Shown piece after piece: positions 9,297 through 18,229 of a stretch of DNA of 64,000 nt. This DNA is from a virus. Location of the stretch: positions 4,038 to 68,037 of IMG/VR virus record IMGVR_UViG_3300007960_000002. One strand, written 5' to 3'. Positions within the stretch are counted from its first letter, which is position 1. Every line of letters starts with the position of its first letter. The notes below the pieces were generated by a model, which worked only from the letters and a program-made list of their open reading frames with translations, searched no databases and was not told the DNA's origin. Position numbers and translations under genes: made by a program.

Positions 9297-9566
9297 TTAA
9301 TTAGAAAAGAAAGAGTAAAGTTTATTATATGGGAATGTTTTACCCCTGTTCCATATTGTGAATACATGCTCCCAATGATTTCTTCCCACCCGTTTACATA
9401 ATACACACTGACTAAACTCATTGGAATTATCTGCTGGCTCAAAGAAAAAACCATAAACCCCATCATCTCTTTTGTGTATCATTCGGATAGTTTTAATGTA
9501 TTCAAAATTACAACGAGCATCAATCCTGATGAATTGATAAAACTTAAAACGATTCAACAATTTCAT
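9297..9566 (-). CDS. Hypothetical protein
   Basis: GGAG RBS; 89 aa. Confidence 0.5.
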   Translation of the reverse strand: MKLLNRFKFYQFIRIDARCNFEYIKTIRMIHKRDDGVYGFFFEPADNSNEFSQCVLCKRVGRNHWEHVFTIWNRGKTFPYNKLYSFFSN

Positions 9567-9633
9567 AATATATTCTCCAAAACATCATAAGGGAAACGGC
9601 GCGATGACCGTAGTTACTTTTACTACGTAAAGC

Positions 9634-9855
9634 CTATTCAATATCATACAGTTCAGAATAGGCCATTTGTTCCATCATAGTCCAAGCTTCTTCTTCAATA
9701 GCAGCTTGTTCATCAATGGAAAGCATAGGATACGAACTAGGTTCATTAGCTCTCAGCACCTCTTCGGGATAGCCACTATACATATCGTTATAGCCACTGT
9801 ATTCATCTCCTACTTCATCATCAGGAGAAGCAATATGTTGAGAAAACATTTTCAT
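9634..9855 (-). CDS. Small acidic protein
   Basis: GGAG RBS; D/E/Y-rich. Confidence 0.55.
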   Translation of the reverse strand: MKMFSQHIASPDDEVGDEYSGYNDMYSGYPEEVLRANEPSSYPMLSIDEQAAIEEEAWTMMEQMAYSELYDIE

Positions 9856-9990
9856 TAGTGATACTCCAATCGTCTGTTGATAGGGATTTGTTTGTCTTGT
9901 GCATATCCAGCCACTTCTGCATTAGTAATAATAAATACAATAAAAATAGTATAATTAGGTAGCACCACCTCCCCCTTTATTTAGTAACTA

Positions 9991-10440
9991 TTAATAAATG
10001 GTATGTTCATTAATCACTTCTTCAAATGATACACTCTCAGAGTAATACCCGTTACTTGTGCCATACCAACGGATAGTAACACGCCCTTTAATTGTCCCTA
10101 GTTTATAGAATGTCCATGTTTCTGAATCTGTTACACAACTCTCATTACTGCCCTCACCCTGTAATTCATTAAGTGTGAAAGAAAGCTTATCATTTTCAGT
10201 AAGAAAATCTTTTTCTAATTCATTCGATTCTACTTCCTCCGCTTCAAGGATTGGATAGCCAATCAAATCATCCCAATCTCCACAAATATCTTCCACCTCC
10301 ACCGATTCACAACAATCTTGATGATGGTGCATAATATACTTCTTACCATCATCTGTTGTAAAGACAATAGTATATTCATTTGCTTTTACATCAACTATTG
10401 TCTTCCCTTTTAATAGTATAATACTCATATATCCTCCCAC
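9991..10440 (-). CDS. Conserved phage protein (HHQDCCE...TWTFYKL...WYGTSNGYYSE family)
   Basis: Recognisable motif set of a widespread phage family of unknown function. Confidence 0.75.
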   Translation of the reverse strand: MGGYMSIILLKGKTIVDVKANEYTIVFTTDDGKKYIMHHHQDCCESVEVEDICGDWDDLIGYPILEAEEVESNELEKDFLTENDKLSFTLNELQGEGSNESCVTDSETWTFYKLGTIKGRVTIRWYGTSNGYYSESVSFEEVINEHTIY

Positions 10441-10802
10441 CTATCTTTCATTCTTTGAACTACTTCATCAGGAACACCATGAATGTTTTTATATTGTCCA
10501 TTCATAGTAATAATAGTTAATTTTACACCTAACTCGTCAGCTAGATTAATGTATGGCTGTAATTCCCACTTCTTTATAAATGTATTAGCAACAGCTACAC
10601 TATTCCCCTTTTCTAAATGAAACCTTGTACCTTGAAAGCACTTCTCATGGCATTCAGGGAGACGACTGGGATCAAAAGAATATTTCAGTCTATCATCCAC
10701 CATGAACATATCAGCTTCCATAACCCAATAATCAGGAATAGACATAGCAAATGTTGATTTACCACTGCCAGGTAAACCACGAATGAGAAGTAAGTTAGCC
10801 AT
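10425..10802 (-). CDS. P-loop kinase (AAA_33 / polynucleotide-kinase-like)
   Basis: RGLPGSGKST, EADMF, VAVANTF and HGVP motifs. Confidence 0.85.
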   Translation of the reverse strand: MANLLLIRGLPGSGKSTFAMSIPDYWVMEADMFMVDDRLKYSFDPSRLPECHEKCFQGTRFHLEKGNSVAVANTFIKKWELQPYINLADELGVKLTIITMNGQYKNIHGVPDEVVQRMKDRWEDI

Positions 10803-11128
10803 TACAATATTCTCCCATATTTAGCAATAGAAATATCTTTGTATGTCGGATTAAATGGCTTATCAGCAAAGAAACAAGCCCAAACAGGAGTACAATGTTG
10901 TCTCACTTCACCAATAGGATTGCCATCTAAGTCTACCTCTTGAACAATCCATCCCCATCGTCTTCCTTCATCGGTTTTACCAAAACCTAAAACATTGGCC
11001 CATGTTTGCCAATAATCATTATAAACATACAACCCAATATACATATCTTTTAATTGTGCTTGTTTATTCATGGGTGGGTAAGACATTACAATTCTCCTAT
11101 AGAAAAGACAAAGAATAATATTAATCAA
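10802..11128 (-). CDS. Hypothetical protein (likely start at MSYPP)
   Basis: AGGAG RBS before the internal ATG. Confidence 0.55.
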   Translation of the reverse strand: MINIILCLFYRRIVMSYPPMNKQAQLKDMYIGLYVYNDYWQTWANVLGFGKTDEGRRWGWIVQEVDLDGNPIGEVRQHCTPVWACFFADKPFNPTYKDISIAKYGRIL

Positions 11129-11163
11129 AGCTACTAATTAAATATTAATAGCTTCTGTTAATA

Positions 11164-11406
11164 CTACTGCTCCATGGCTTCTTCAATTAACAGCTTTGCT
11201 TCTTTCAAGCTGCAGTCCAGCATCGCCCTGACAATCTTAATTGCCTGGATTTTAAATGTTGTTTCACGGTACATAGGGCAGGAATTATTATACATAGAAG
11301 CCTTTTCCCTCAAGACTTCCACAATCTGGATAGCTGCCCACTGCTTATCTTCCAGAATGATAGACATACCATCCCGACAAACAACAGTCTTCTTTTCAAC
11401 ACTCAT
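11164..11406 (-). CDS. Protein with a ribosomal bL12 (L7/L12) C-terminal-like motif
   Basis: KIQAIKIVRAMLDCSLKEAKLLIE resembles the bL12 CTD motif KxxxIKxVRxxxxxxLKEAKxxVE; start MSVEKK follows an AGGAG RBS. Confidence 0.65.
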   Translation of the reverse strand: MSVEKKTVVCRDGMSIILEDKQWAAIQIVEVLREKASMYNNSCPMYRETTFKIQAIKIVRAMLDCSLKEAKLLIEEAMEQ

Positions 11407-11441
11407 TTTTTTCTCTCCTCTTGTGAATGACAGACAATAAA

Positions 11442-11475
11442 AAAGCCCCCTATTCAATTAAGAATAAGAGGCTTT
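11442..11475 (-). terminator. Intrinsic terminator-like hairpin
   Basis: AAAGCCTCTTATTC-loop-GAATAGGGGGCTTT followed by a U-tract; G-U pairs form only on the minus strand. Confidence 0.65.
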
Positions 11476-11486
11476 GTTATTGAAAG

Positions 11487-11744
11487 CTATCTAATCTTAT
11501 TACGGAATACTGCACCATGTACCCCTGTAATAATGTTTCTAGGCACTACCCCAGTATGAGCATATTTACTATGCTTATTCTGTCTCCTCTCATCCCGAGA
11601 CATACGTGCATTGTCTTGCTTGACTTCACCGGGTTTACACCCCATAAAGGAATTAAAACGAGACTGGTTTAGTTTCCTCAGTTGTTGCGGAGTCATATTT
11701 TTCCTCCAAGATAATATTGATACGTTCGCAAGCAACAAACGCAT
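11487..11744 (-). CDS. Small basic hypothetical protein (likely start MTPQQ)
   Basis: GGAGG RBS before the internal ATG. Confidence 0.5.
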   Translation of the reverse strand: MRLLLANVSILSWRKNMTPQQLRKLNQSRFNSFMGCKPGEVKQDNARMSRDERRQNKHSKYAHTGVVPRNIITGVHGAVFRNKIR

Positions 11745-11952
11745 TAAGCTTAATCTTCTCTAATCCTTTCCGTTTGATAGCACGAGGAAAAGAGATAAGA
11801 TTGAGCTTGTTTCTCCAGTTGATATACCCATCAATGGAGGTATGAGGGTTTAATTCTAAAAAACAATAAACCCTATTATTCACTTCCCATAGAGCGTTTA
11901 ATTTATCTATAGACAATTCTCTGTATTGATCCATTATTTCAGAAACATACAT
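11653..11952 (-). CDS. Hypothetical protein
   Basis: AGGGG RBS. Confidence 0.5.
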   Translation of the reverse strand: MYVSEIMDQYRELSIDKLNALWEVNNRVYCFLELNPHTSIDGYINWRNKLNLISFPRAIKRKGLEKIKLNAFVACERINIILEEKYDSATTEETKPVSF

Positions 11953-11976
11953 TATAAGTCCCCTATTAAAGACAGA

Positions 11977-12019
11977 TATTATTAATACACACTCAATAAT
12001 AGAATATGTATTAATAATA
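11977..12019 (-). other. Long intergenic RNA hairpin (RNase III site or terminator candidate)
   Basis: TATTATTAATACATATTC / GAGTGTGTATTAATAATA 18-bp stem including G-U pairs. Confidence 0.55.
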
Positions 12020-12049
12020 CATAAAGGGCCTCCCTGCCCTTTTAATGTA

Positions 12050-12553
12050 TCAAGCGGCTGCTTCGCTCATCGCCCTGCGAAAACGGGATTCGATTTCCTG
12101 GTTTGACAGTCCTTCTTTGTCCATTCCCTTGCGTAGAACAGCAACTAATGCCTTATCAAAATCAAAGGCATTATCAGCAGATTGTTTATTAAACATATCC
12201 CACCGCTGGCCATTAGCCAGTTGATGGGCAGCCTTATCCCAGTCCATTTCACTAAACTTCCGCTTTCCAGCGACCTTATAACGCTGGGTTTCTTTATCCC
12301 AAGAAACAGGAAGTTCCAAGAAGCGGAAGTAAGCATTCATTTGCTTACCGTCACTCCCGACAACTAACTTGTCTCCCGATTTATGGGATAAACCTTCGAC
12401 CAAGTCGGTAAGCCAATCAGTGTTACCCATGGAGAGCTGGTAAACTGCCCCACCGATAGCTGTTTGCAACATTGCAGCAGCCGATACCCGCGCCTTGACG
12501 GCCTCAGCCAGATACTTACGAGAGACGGAAGAAAAATCGTTAATGGTAGCCAT
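12050..12553 (-). CDS. First leftward (early) gene, hypothetical, higher GC than its neighbours
   Basis: Start MATINDF after a GAGGA RBS; the track extension to 12640 is unlikely. Confidence 0.7.
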   Translation of the reverse strand: MATINDFSSVSRKYLAEAVKARVSAAAMLQTAIGGAVYQLSMGNTDWLTDLVEGLSHKSGDKLVVGSDGKQMNAYFRFLELPVSWDKETQRYKVAGKRKFSEMDWDKAAHQLANGQRWDMFNKQSADNAFDFDKALVAVLRKGMDKEGLSNQEIESRFRRAMSEAAA

Positions 12554-12629
12554 AATAAACATCCTCGGAGTGGTTAAAAATACATTGATATATATCACAG
12601 AATTATGATATATATTCATATATTCTTTA

Positions 12630-13145
12630 CAGTCCTCCAAACTCGGCTATCTAATCTAATAGTTAGCTCGCATATCCATAAGGTGGCGGTATCAATCCAT
12701 AGCCTCATAAGCCCCATATCATGCACTACATAAGCCTCTGCTTATGCTGTGATAGTGGGAAGCGTTCCCTGCCCCTATACCATTGCAAGCCTGCCGATAA
12801 CCTAAGCCCATCCGCTGTTTATATGGTTCAAAATCACATAATCCAATTAATCCGATGATGCCGATTAATCAAACTATGTTCATCCAAACCTAAACAGTGT
12901 ATGCCTAGGGATTTTAATTGCTGATTTAGTGCGTCAAGGTTTTCTATGACCCAAACCGTATTCCAACACTCTCGTGTTATCCGCTTACTGTTCAACTTCA
13001 GCCGGATAGGTTATTGCAAACAATTAGGCCCTGTTCTCTACGGATAACAGCAGCCATATTGCTTTATACCTAAATGCAACAAAGGGAGAATTAATTAATG
13101 GTCCTTGTTCCCCTCTAATTGCCATCCAATGGCTTACTACTCGGA
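12630..13145 (-). ncRNA. Candidate large (~500 nt) structured non-coding RNA
   Basis: No ORF of 60 aa or more; about ten hairpins, including a 17-bp stem with four G-U pairs (12863-12879 with 12836-12852) and a GAGA tetraloop; begins just downstream of a sigma54 promoter. Confidence 0.6.
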
Positions 13146-13154
13146 CCTAATAAT

Positions 13155-13171
13155 AGCAACCACTGTGCCAA
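13155..13171 (-). promoter_or_regulatory. sigma54 (RpoN) -24/-12 promoter
   Basis: TTGGCAC-AGTGG-TTGCT matches the TGGCAC-N5-TTGCW consensus exactly. Confidence 0.75.
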
Positions 13172-13245
13172 CTATGAAAAACAATAGAGAAAACAATAAC
13201 CTACTCAATAACAGGATATACTAATGTAGAGAAATAACCATAAAA

Positions 13246-13351
13246 TGTAAAATATTCTGACACTATTCCCATGAATAAAACAACTATAGCGAGAGAAAAC
13301 AACAACATACTCATCTGTAAAGAATCCTGACAACTGTCAATAAATTTAACA
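13246..13351. promoter_or_regulatory. Three TGT-N11-ACA enhancer-like (bEBP UAS) sites
   Basis: Sites at 13246-13262, 13316-13332 and 13335-13351, about 100-200 bp upstream of the predicted sigma54 start. Confidence 0.55.
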
Positions 13352-13809
13352 ACTGAACAATGAAGAGAATAAATACATGAAATATATAGAGAATAAATAG
13401 GAACAATATTGCAATGAGATTTAATGAACTAATCCATAGGAACAATACAATTATAATGAAAGAAAACAACAACATATGTAAGAAATAGGACATAAACAGG
13501 AGAATATGTATCATATCACAGGAAGCCATGTAAGCCATTCTAAGCTATCCAAGCTTCTATCCTGCCCGTGGTATCAACCAATAGCACAATGGCTTAGAAC
13601 GCAGCACATGGCCAGCTAGAGTTATAGAACAAACAGAGAACATACCCACCAATAACAGAACAGTGTACATATATATAAGGAATAGATGTGAATAAAAAGA
13701 ATAGGGGATGGCATGATATGTGCTACCTTGTGGGGCTTGCAGAATGATAATACTATCAACTAAATGTGTGGTAAAAAAACAACAATAAGTTAGATGTGTA
13801 GGAGGAAAT

Positions 13810-13856
13810 ACACTATATATTGAATAAGCAGGACACATAAACACAATATATTGTGG
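13810..13856. promoter_or_regulatory. Tandem NrdR-box-like operators
   Basis: ACACTATATATTGAAT (13810-13825) and ACACAATATATTGTGG (13841-13856), 31 bp apart. Confidence 0.6.
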
Positions 13857-14123
13857 TCTATCAATAATTTACATAGGAATGTTGAGATCATAGAATAGGT
13901 TTATAATGGTGTAGATGGTATATATATGAAGGGGGGTTGTTAGAATAAAGGTGGTAGGGGGAGGGTCTTATTATATATATTATCCTACCTATAAACACAA
14001 TACTTGTTTTTTTTATTTAACAATACTTGATATTTTATATATCTACCTTGTTTTTTTTATTTAACAATATTTTATATTATTTTTCAATTATTTAATTTTT
14101 TTTAATTATTTTTTCATTTTTAG

Positions 14124-14151
14124 GGAACTTTTTTTGATTTCTGTTGTCTAA
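14124..14151 (+). promoter_or_regulatory. ECF/sigmaE-type promoter at the head of the late arm
   Basis: GGAACTT-TTTTTGATTTCTGTTG-TCTAA. Confidence 0.75.
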
Positions 14152-14630
14152 AGGTTGTATGAAGCAATTATAGTAAGGAATATCATTTTAGGGATAGTAA
14201 GAAATCATAGGATGGTTTGCTCTAATCCAACACTCATCAAAGGAATGATGTTTTAAACAGTCGCCCCTTTAATCCGGGGGAGTACATCTACTAGTAGGTA
14301 TATAGCACCTGAGTAGAGTCAAAACAGGCAAGACACATTAACAGTCAATGCTCTCCTTTAGACACCTCACTATATGATTTTAGACATTCATGGTGAGGAC
14401 AATGTTTAAATGGAAGTAGACACCTCACCATGATACATAGTATATAATACTATGACATCAACAAGAGAAGGGCTACTCTTTAAAATAGCTTCCTGATAAT
14501 TGACTAAGACTATACGCATAACAGACTACCATAGAATATTTAATATATATTCTATCATGGTAGGAGTGTTAGGATTAAACATGTCTAAAATAAATTAATT
14601 TAAATAGATTCTTTGACATAATTGCGTCTA

Positions 14631-15008
14631 ATGTACAGATTCTCTAATTCTTCATATTATAAATTATATGGTGTCAATCCTAAATTAATTTCTTTAGCTA
14701 CACTAGCTCTAAAATATTCTGATGTAGATTTTGGTGTTAGTGAGGGCGTAAGAAGTAAGGAAAGACAAAGAATGTTATTTAAAATGGGTAAGTCTCAAAC
14801 AATGAATTCTAAGCATTTAAAGGGTGATGCTATTGATGTCTTTGCTTGGGATGATGGAGTGAAATGGGATTTCTACTATTATAATAAAATTAATGAAGCT
14901 TTTAAATTAGCTGCTCATGAATTAAATATTGATTATGTTTGGGGTGGTGATTGGCATACATTTAAAGATGGTGTTCACTTTGAGTTAGATGATAATGCAA
15001 AATTTTAA
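14631..15008 (+). CDS. Endolysin, L-Ala-D-Glu peptidase (M15, T5 Lys-like)
   Basis: EGVRSKERQ, SKHLKGDAIDV, WGGDW and DGVHFEL motifs. Confidence 0.9.
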   Translation: MYRFSNSSYYKLYGVNPKLISLATLALKYSDVDFGVSEGVRSKERQRMLFKMGKSQTMNSKHLKGDAIDVFAWDDGVKWDFYYYNKINEAFKLAAHELNIDYVWGGDWHTFKDGVHFELDDNAKF

Positions 15009-15429
15009 ATCAAAACAAAGAATTTCTCTTTCTAGAAATATTAAAGATAAAAAGCGGTTTGAAGTGTTAGAAGATATTTTTTATAAAAATATTATAATCC
15101 ATGAGGGTTTTAAAACTGATGGTGCTAGTATTAAGTTTGGTAGATATGCTGTTGGTTGTCCATTTGAAGGAGTTTATTTAGGCCCTGCTATAGTACATGA
15201 TATGTTATATGTCTCGAAGAAATGTTCTAGAAAAGAAGCAGACAAAGAGTTTAAGGAAGCTTTATTAGATGTTGGTGTTTCTAAATTGAAAGCTAATGTT
15301 ATGTATTATGCCGTTAGAATGTTTGGTAGATGGCCTTGGGAGAATTACACTGAAGAAGAAATATACACAGCAAGACAATTTCTCACAATTATACCAGTTA
15401 GTTATGGAGATTTCATCGGAAGTGAGTGA
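14989..15429 (+). CDS. DUF1353-family protein
   Basis: GFKTDGASI, AIVHDMLY, RKEADKEF, MYYAVRMFG. Confidence 0.8.
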   Translation: MIMQNFKSKQRISLSRNIKDKKRFEVLEDIFYKNIIIHEGFKTDGASIKFGRYAVGCPFEGVYLGPAIVHDMLYVSKKCSRKEADKEFKEALLDVGVSKLKANVMYYAVRMFGRWPWENYTEEEIYTARQFLTIIPVSYGDFIGSE

Positions 15430-15480
15430 GAAGGATATTTTAATGTTAGAATACGAACAATTTAAAGAGGAATTCGATAG

Positions 15481-15753
15481 ATGCCTTCATCGCCTGGGTA
15501 CAAAAGAGACTACCAACAAGAAAACAAATATAAAAAGAAGCCAGAACAAATAAAGAAACGTGTAGCTAGAAATAAAGCTAGACGTAAGATGGTGAAGGCT
15601 GGTAAGGCTTTTCTTGGTGATGGGAAGCATGTAGATCATAAGGATGGTAATACATCTAATAATAAAGCTTCTAATTTAAGAATGAAGTCAGCTTCTTCTA
15701 ATAGCAGCTATCCCAGAAATAAGAAAGCTGGGAAGAAAAATAAACGTGACTAA
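15481..15753 (+). CDS. Small basic HNH-like protein
   Basis: HVDHKDGNTSNN...SNLR. Confidence 0.7.
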   Translation: MPSSPGYKRDYQQENKYKKKPEQIKKRVARNKARRKMVKAGKAFLGDGKHVDHKDGNTSNNKASNLRMKSASSNSSYPRNKKAGKKNKRD

Positions 15754-15958
15754 CACTTCTATTATTAATTCTGTATTAGCTGAAATAGAAGGTAGAGAAT
15801 TATGTTCTATATGTGATGGAGAAGGATGGACATGGGCACATGAAAATCCTTATATATCTTTTGATCCTTTTGATTGCTATTCTGATGATACAAAATATAT
15901 ATGCTATAATTGTAATGGATCAGGTATAGAAAAAGGAGAGGTAACAAATGACTGTTAA
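15746..15958 (+). CDS. Small Zn-finger protein (CxxCxGxG twice)
   Basis: CSICDGEG and CYNCNGSG. Confidence 0.55.
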   Translation: MTNTSIINSVLAEIEGRELCSICDGEGWTWAHENPYISFDPFDCYSDDTKYICYNCNGSGIEKGEVTNDC

Positions 15959-16122
15959 TGAATTCAAAGCTTGGTTAGAAGGTTATTTAGAGGATAATAA
16001 TAATCCCTCTATTGATAGAATCAAAGAGCAAGCAGATAAGATAGTAGCTGAGGTTAGATTTGATCCATCTAGAATAGATCCTTCCCCTTACGCCCCTTTT
16101 CGCCCTACTACAGGGACTAGTA

Positions 16123-16623
16123 ATGCCTAAAGCTCCTGTTAAGTCAGCAATATTAACTAAAGATCAAGAAGCTGTATTAACAAATTGGTTAGAATATAGA
16201 AATATTAAATCTGTTATGGAGAAGACAGGATTTAATTATAATAAAGTAAATAACACTCTAAAATCTGTAAGAGTTCAGAGGGAAATAAAGAAGCATAATA
16301 CAGAGCTTAGAGAAAAGGTATTTTATAATGAAGCTGTAATTATTGAAAAGCTTTGGAGAGAAGCTACTAATTATGAGGGTAATACAGGACAAATGAGAAT
16401 TAATGCTCTTGCTCTCTTAGCTAAACATCTTGGTATGTTTGAGGATAAAGAGAAAGCTAAAGGGCAACAAGTAAATATACAAGTGGTTAATTATGCTGGG
16501 AAGGTGGAAAAAGAGATAAAGTCTGTAGGTGAAGAAAAAGTTAAAGATGCTCTAGAGCACATTGAGCCTAATGTTCTTCCCGATAATGTTGTCATTAAAG
16601 AATACAGCAAGGAACAGAAATGA
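16123..16623 (+). CDS. terS: Terminase small subunit
   Basis: Position upstream of TerL; ALALLAKHLGMF motif. Confidence 0.75.
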   Translation: MPKAPVKSAILTKDQEAVLTNWLEYRNIKSVMEKTGFNYNKVNNTLKSVRVQREIKKHNTELREKVFYNEAVIIEKLWREATNYEGNTGQMRINALALLAKHLGMFEDKEKAKGQQVNIQVVNYAGKVEKEIKSVGEEKVKDALEHIEPNVLPDNVVIKEYSKEQK

Positions 16624-16874
16624 TTTACGTTAAAATGGCAGTTATAGCAATTGTTTTATTTTTTGTCGGATTCCTTTTAACAAGTTGTACTACAACTATT
16701 GAGAAAGCTGGAGAAAAGAAAATTGATGTTTCTCGTAAAGCTTTAGATTATTCTATGTGGGAAATTTGTGAAGGAGCTAGTATTGGGGCAGTAAAAGAAT
16801 ATATTAATAGGCATAATATTGATGAGAATATATATAAACAGTTATGTAACGATAGGGTAGACGTCCTTAAATGA
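16620..16874 (+). CDS. Lipoprotein (possible spanin component)
   Basis: Signal peptide with LTSC lipobox. Confidence 0.55.
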   Translation: MIYVKMAVIAIVLFFVGFLLTSCTTTIEKAGEKKIDVSRKALDYSMWEICEGASIGAVKEYINRHNIDENIYKQLCNDRVDVLK

Positions 16875-18229
16875 TAGTTATTCCTCATGCATATGAGCCA
16901 TATGCTCATCAAGTAGATTTATTTAAAGCTAGAGATGAAGGTATAAGGCATATTCTTTGTAGATGGTCTAGACGAACGGGAAAAGATAAATCATTTTGGA
17001 ACCTTATTATTAGAGAAGCAGTAAAGAGGGTCGGTATTTATTATTATTTTTTCCCTCAGTTAAAACAGGGTAAGAAGGCTCTATGGGATGGTATTGATAA
17101 TGATGGATTTAGATTTTTAGATCATATTCCTCCAGAATTAAGAGGTGGTCAACCCAATTCTGTTGAAATGAAAGTTCCATTAAGTAATGGATCTATTATT
17201 CAGGTTATAGGTACTGATAACTTTGATAGAATACGTGGCACTAATCCTGTTGGGTGTATTTTTTCAGAATATGCTTATCAAAACCCAGCAGCAAGACTAA
17301 CAGTCAGGCCAATTCTTCTTGCTAATGGGGGATGGGAAGCTCTTAATTCCACTCCTGCAGGTAAGAATCATATGTATGATTTAGAGCAGGAAGCTACTAA
17401 ACTAACAGGAGATGATGTCCCTCTTAATGAAAGATGGTTTATCTCTGTTAAAACTATGGATGATTGTTTTAGACATGATGGGAGTCAAATCTTTACTCCT
17501 GAAATGTTAGAAGCAGAAAGAAGACAAGGTTTTTCAGAAGAATTCTTACAACAAGAATATTATGTTGATTATACTGCTAACTCTCAAGGTTATTTCTATC
17601 TTAAATATATTAATGATTTAAGGGATACAGGGAGAATTGGTAACTTTCCTCATCTTCCAGATATCCCAGTTCATACTTTTTGGGATATTGGTAGAGATAC
17701 TACATCTATATGGTTTATGCAATGGGATGATGGAGAACCTAGATTTATTGATTACTACCAAAACTCTACTCTTGGTTTAGAACACTATGCACAGGTAATT
17801 TCTAAGAAACCTTATGTATATAAGTCTCATTGGTTTCCTCATGATATATGGGTTACTGATTATTCTAATGATAGAACTAGATTAGAAGTTGCTCAATCTT
17901 TATTAGGGAGGGATAAATGTGAAGCAGTTCCTAAGATGGATAAAGAAGATGGTATTCAATCTGTTCGTTCCATCCTCCCTCGATGTAAATTTAATGAAGT
18001 AGAGGATACGAAGAAAGGAATCTCAGGACTTGAAAATTATAGAAGAAAGTGGGATGACAATTTACAAGAGTTCTCTCATGACTCTATTCATGACTGGGCT
18101 TCTCACCCTGCTGATGCTTTTAGATATTTTGCTATAACAGCAGAAAAACCAAAGAAGAAAGAATACATCACCTCTAGACTACGGAAATATAGACGTAGGC
18201 TAGGCAGACATAGTTGGAAGGTAGCCTGA
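16871..18229 (+). CDS. terL: Terminase large subunit
   Basis: WSRRTGKD Walker A, IFSEYA Walker B, STPAG, nuclease motifs WDIG and SHPADAFRY. Confidence 0.95.
   Translation: MIVIPHAYEPYAHQVDLFKARDEGIRHILCRWSRRTGKDKSFWNLIIREAVKRVGIYYYFFPQLKQGKKALWDGIDNDGFRFLDHIPPELRGGQPNSVEMKVPLSNGSIIQVIGTDNFDRIRGTNPVGCIFSEYAYQNPAARLTVRPILLANGGWEALNSTPAGKNHMYDLEQEATKLTGDDVPLNERWFISVKTMDDCFRHDGSQIFTPEMLEAERRQGFSEEFLQQEYYVDYTANSQGYFYLKYINDLRDTGRIGNFPHLPDIPVHTFWDIGRDTTSIWFMQWDDGEPRFIDYYQNSTLGLEHYAQVISKKPYVYKSHWFPHDIWVTDYSNDRTRLEVAQSLLGRDKCEAVPKMDKEDGIQSVRSILPRCKFNEVEDTKKGISGLENYRRKWDDNLQEFSHDSIHDWASHPADAFRYFAITAEKPKKKEYITSRLRKYRRRLGRHSWKVA

Noticed and set aside
13311-13844. ORFs 13311-13538 and 13557-13844 on the minus strand
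   Set aside because: Low-complexity hydrophobic translations caused by the A-rich plus strand; no RBS; they overlap regulatory motifs.
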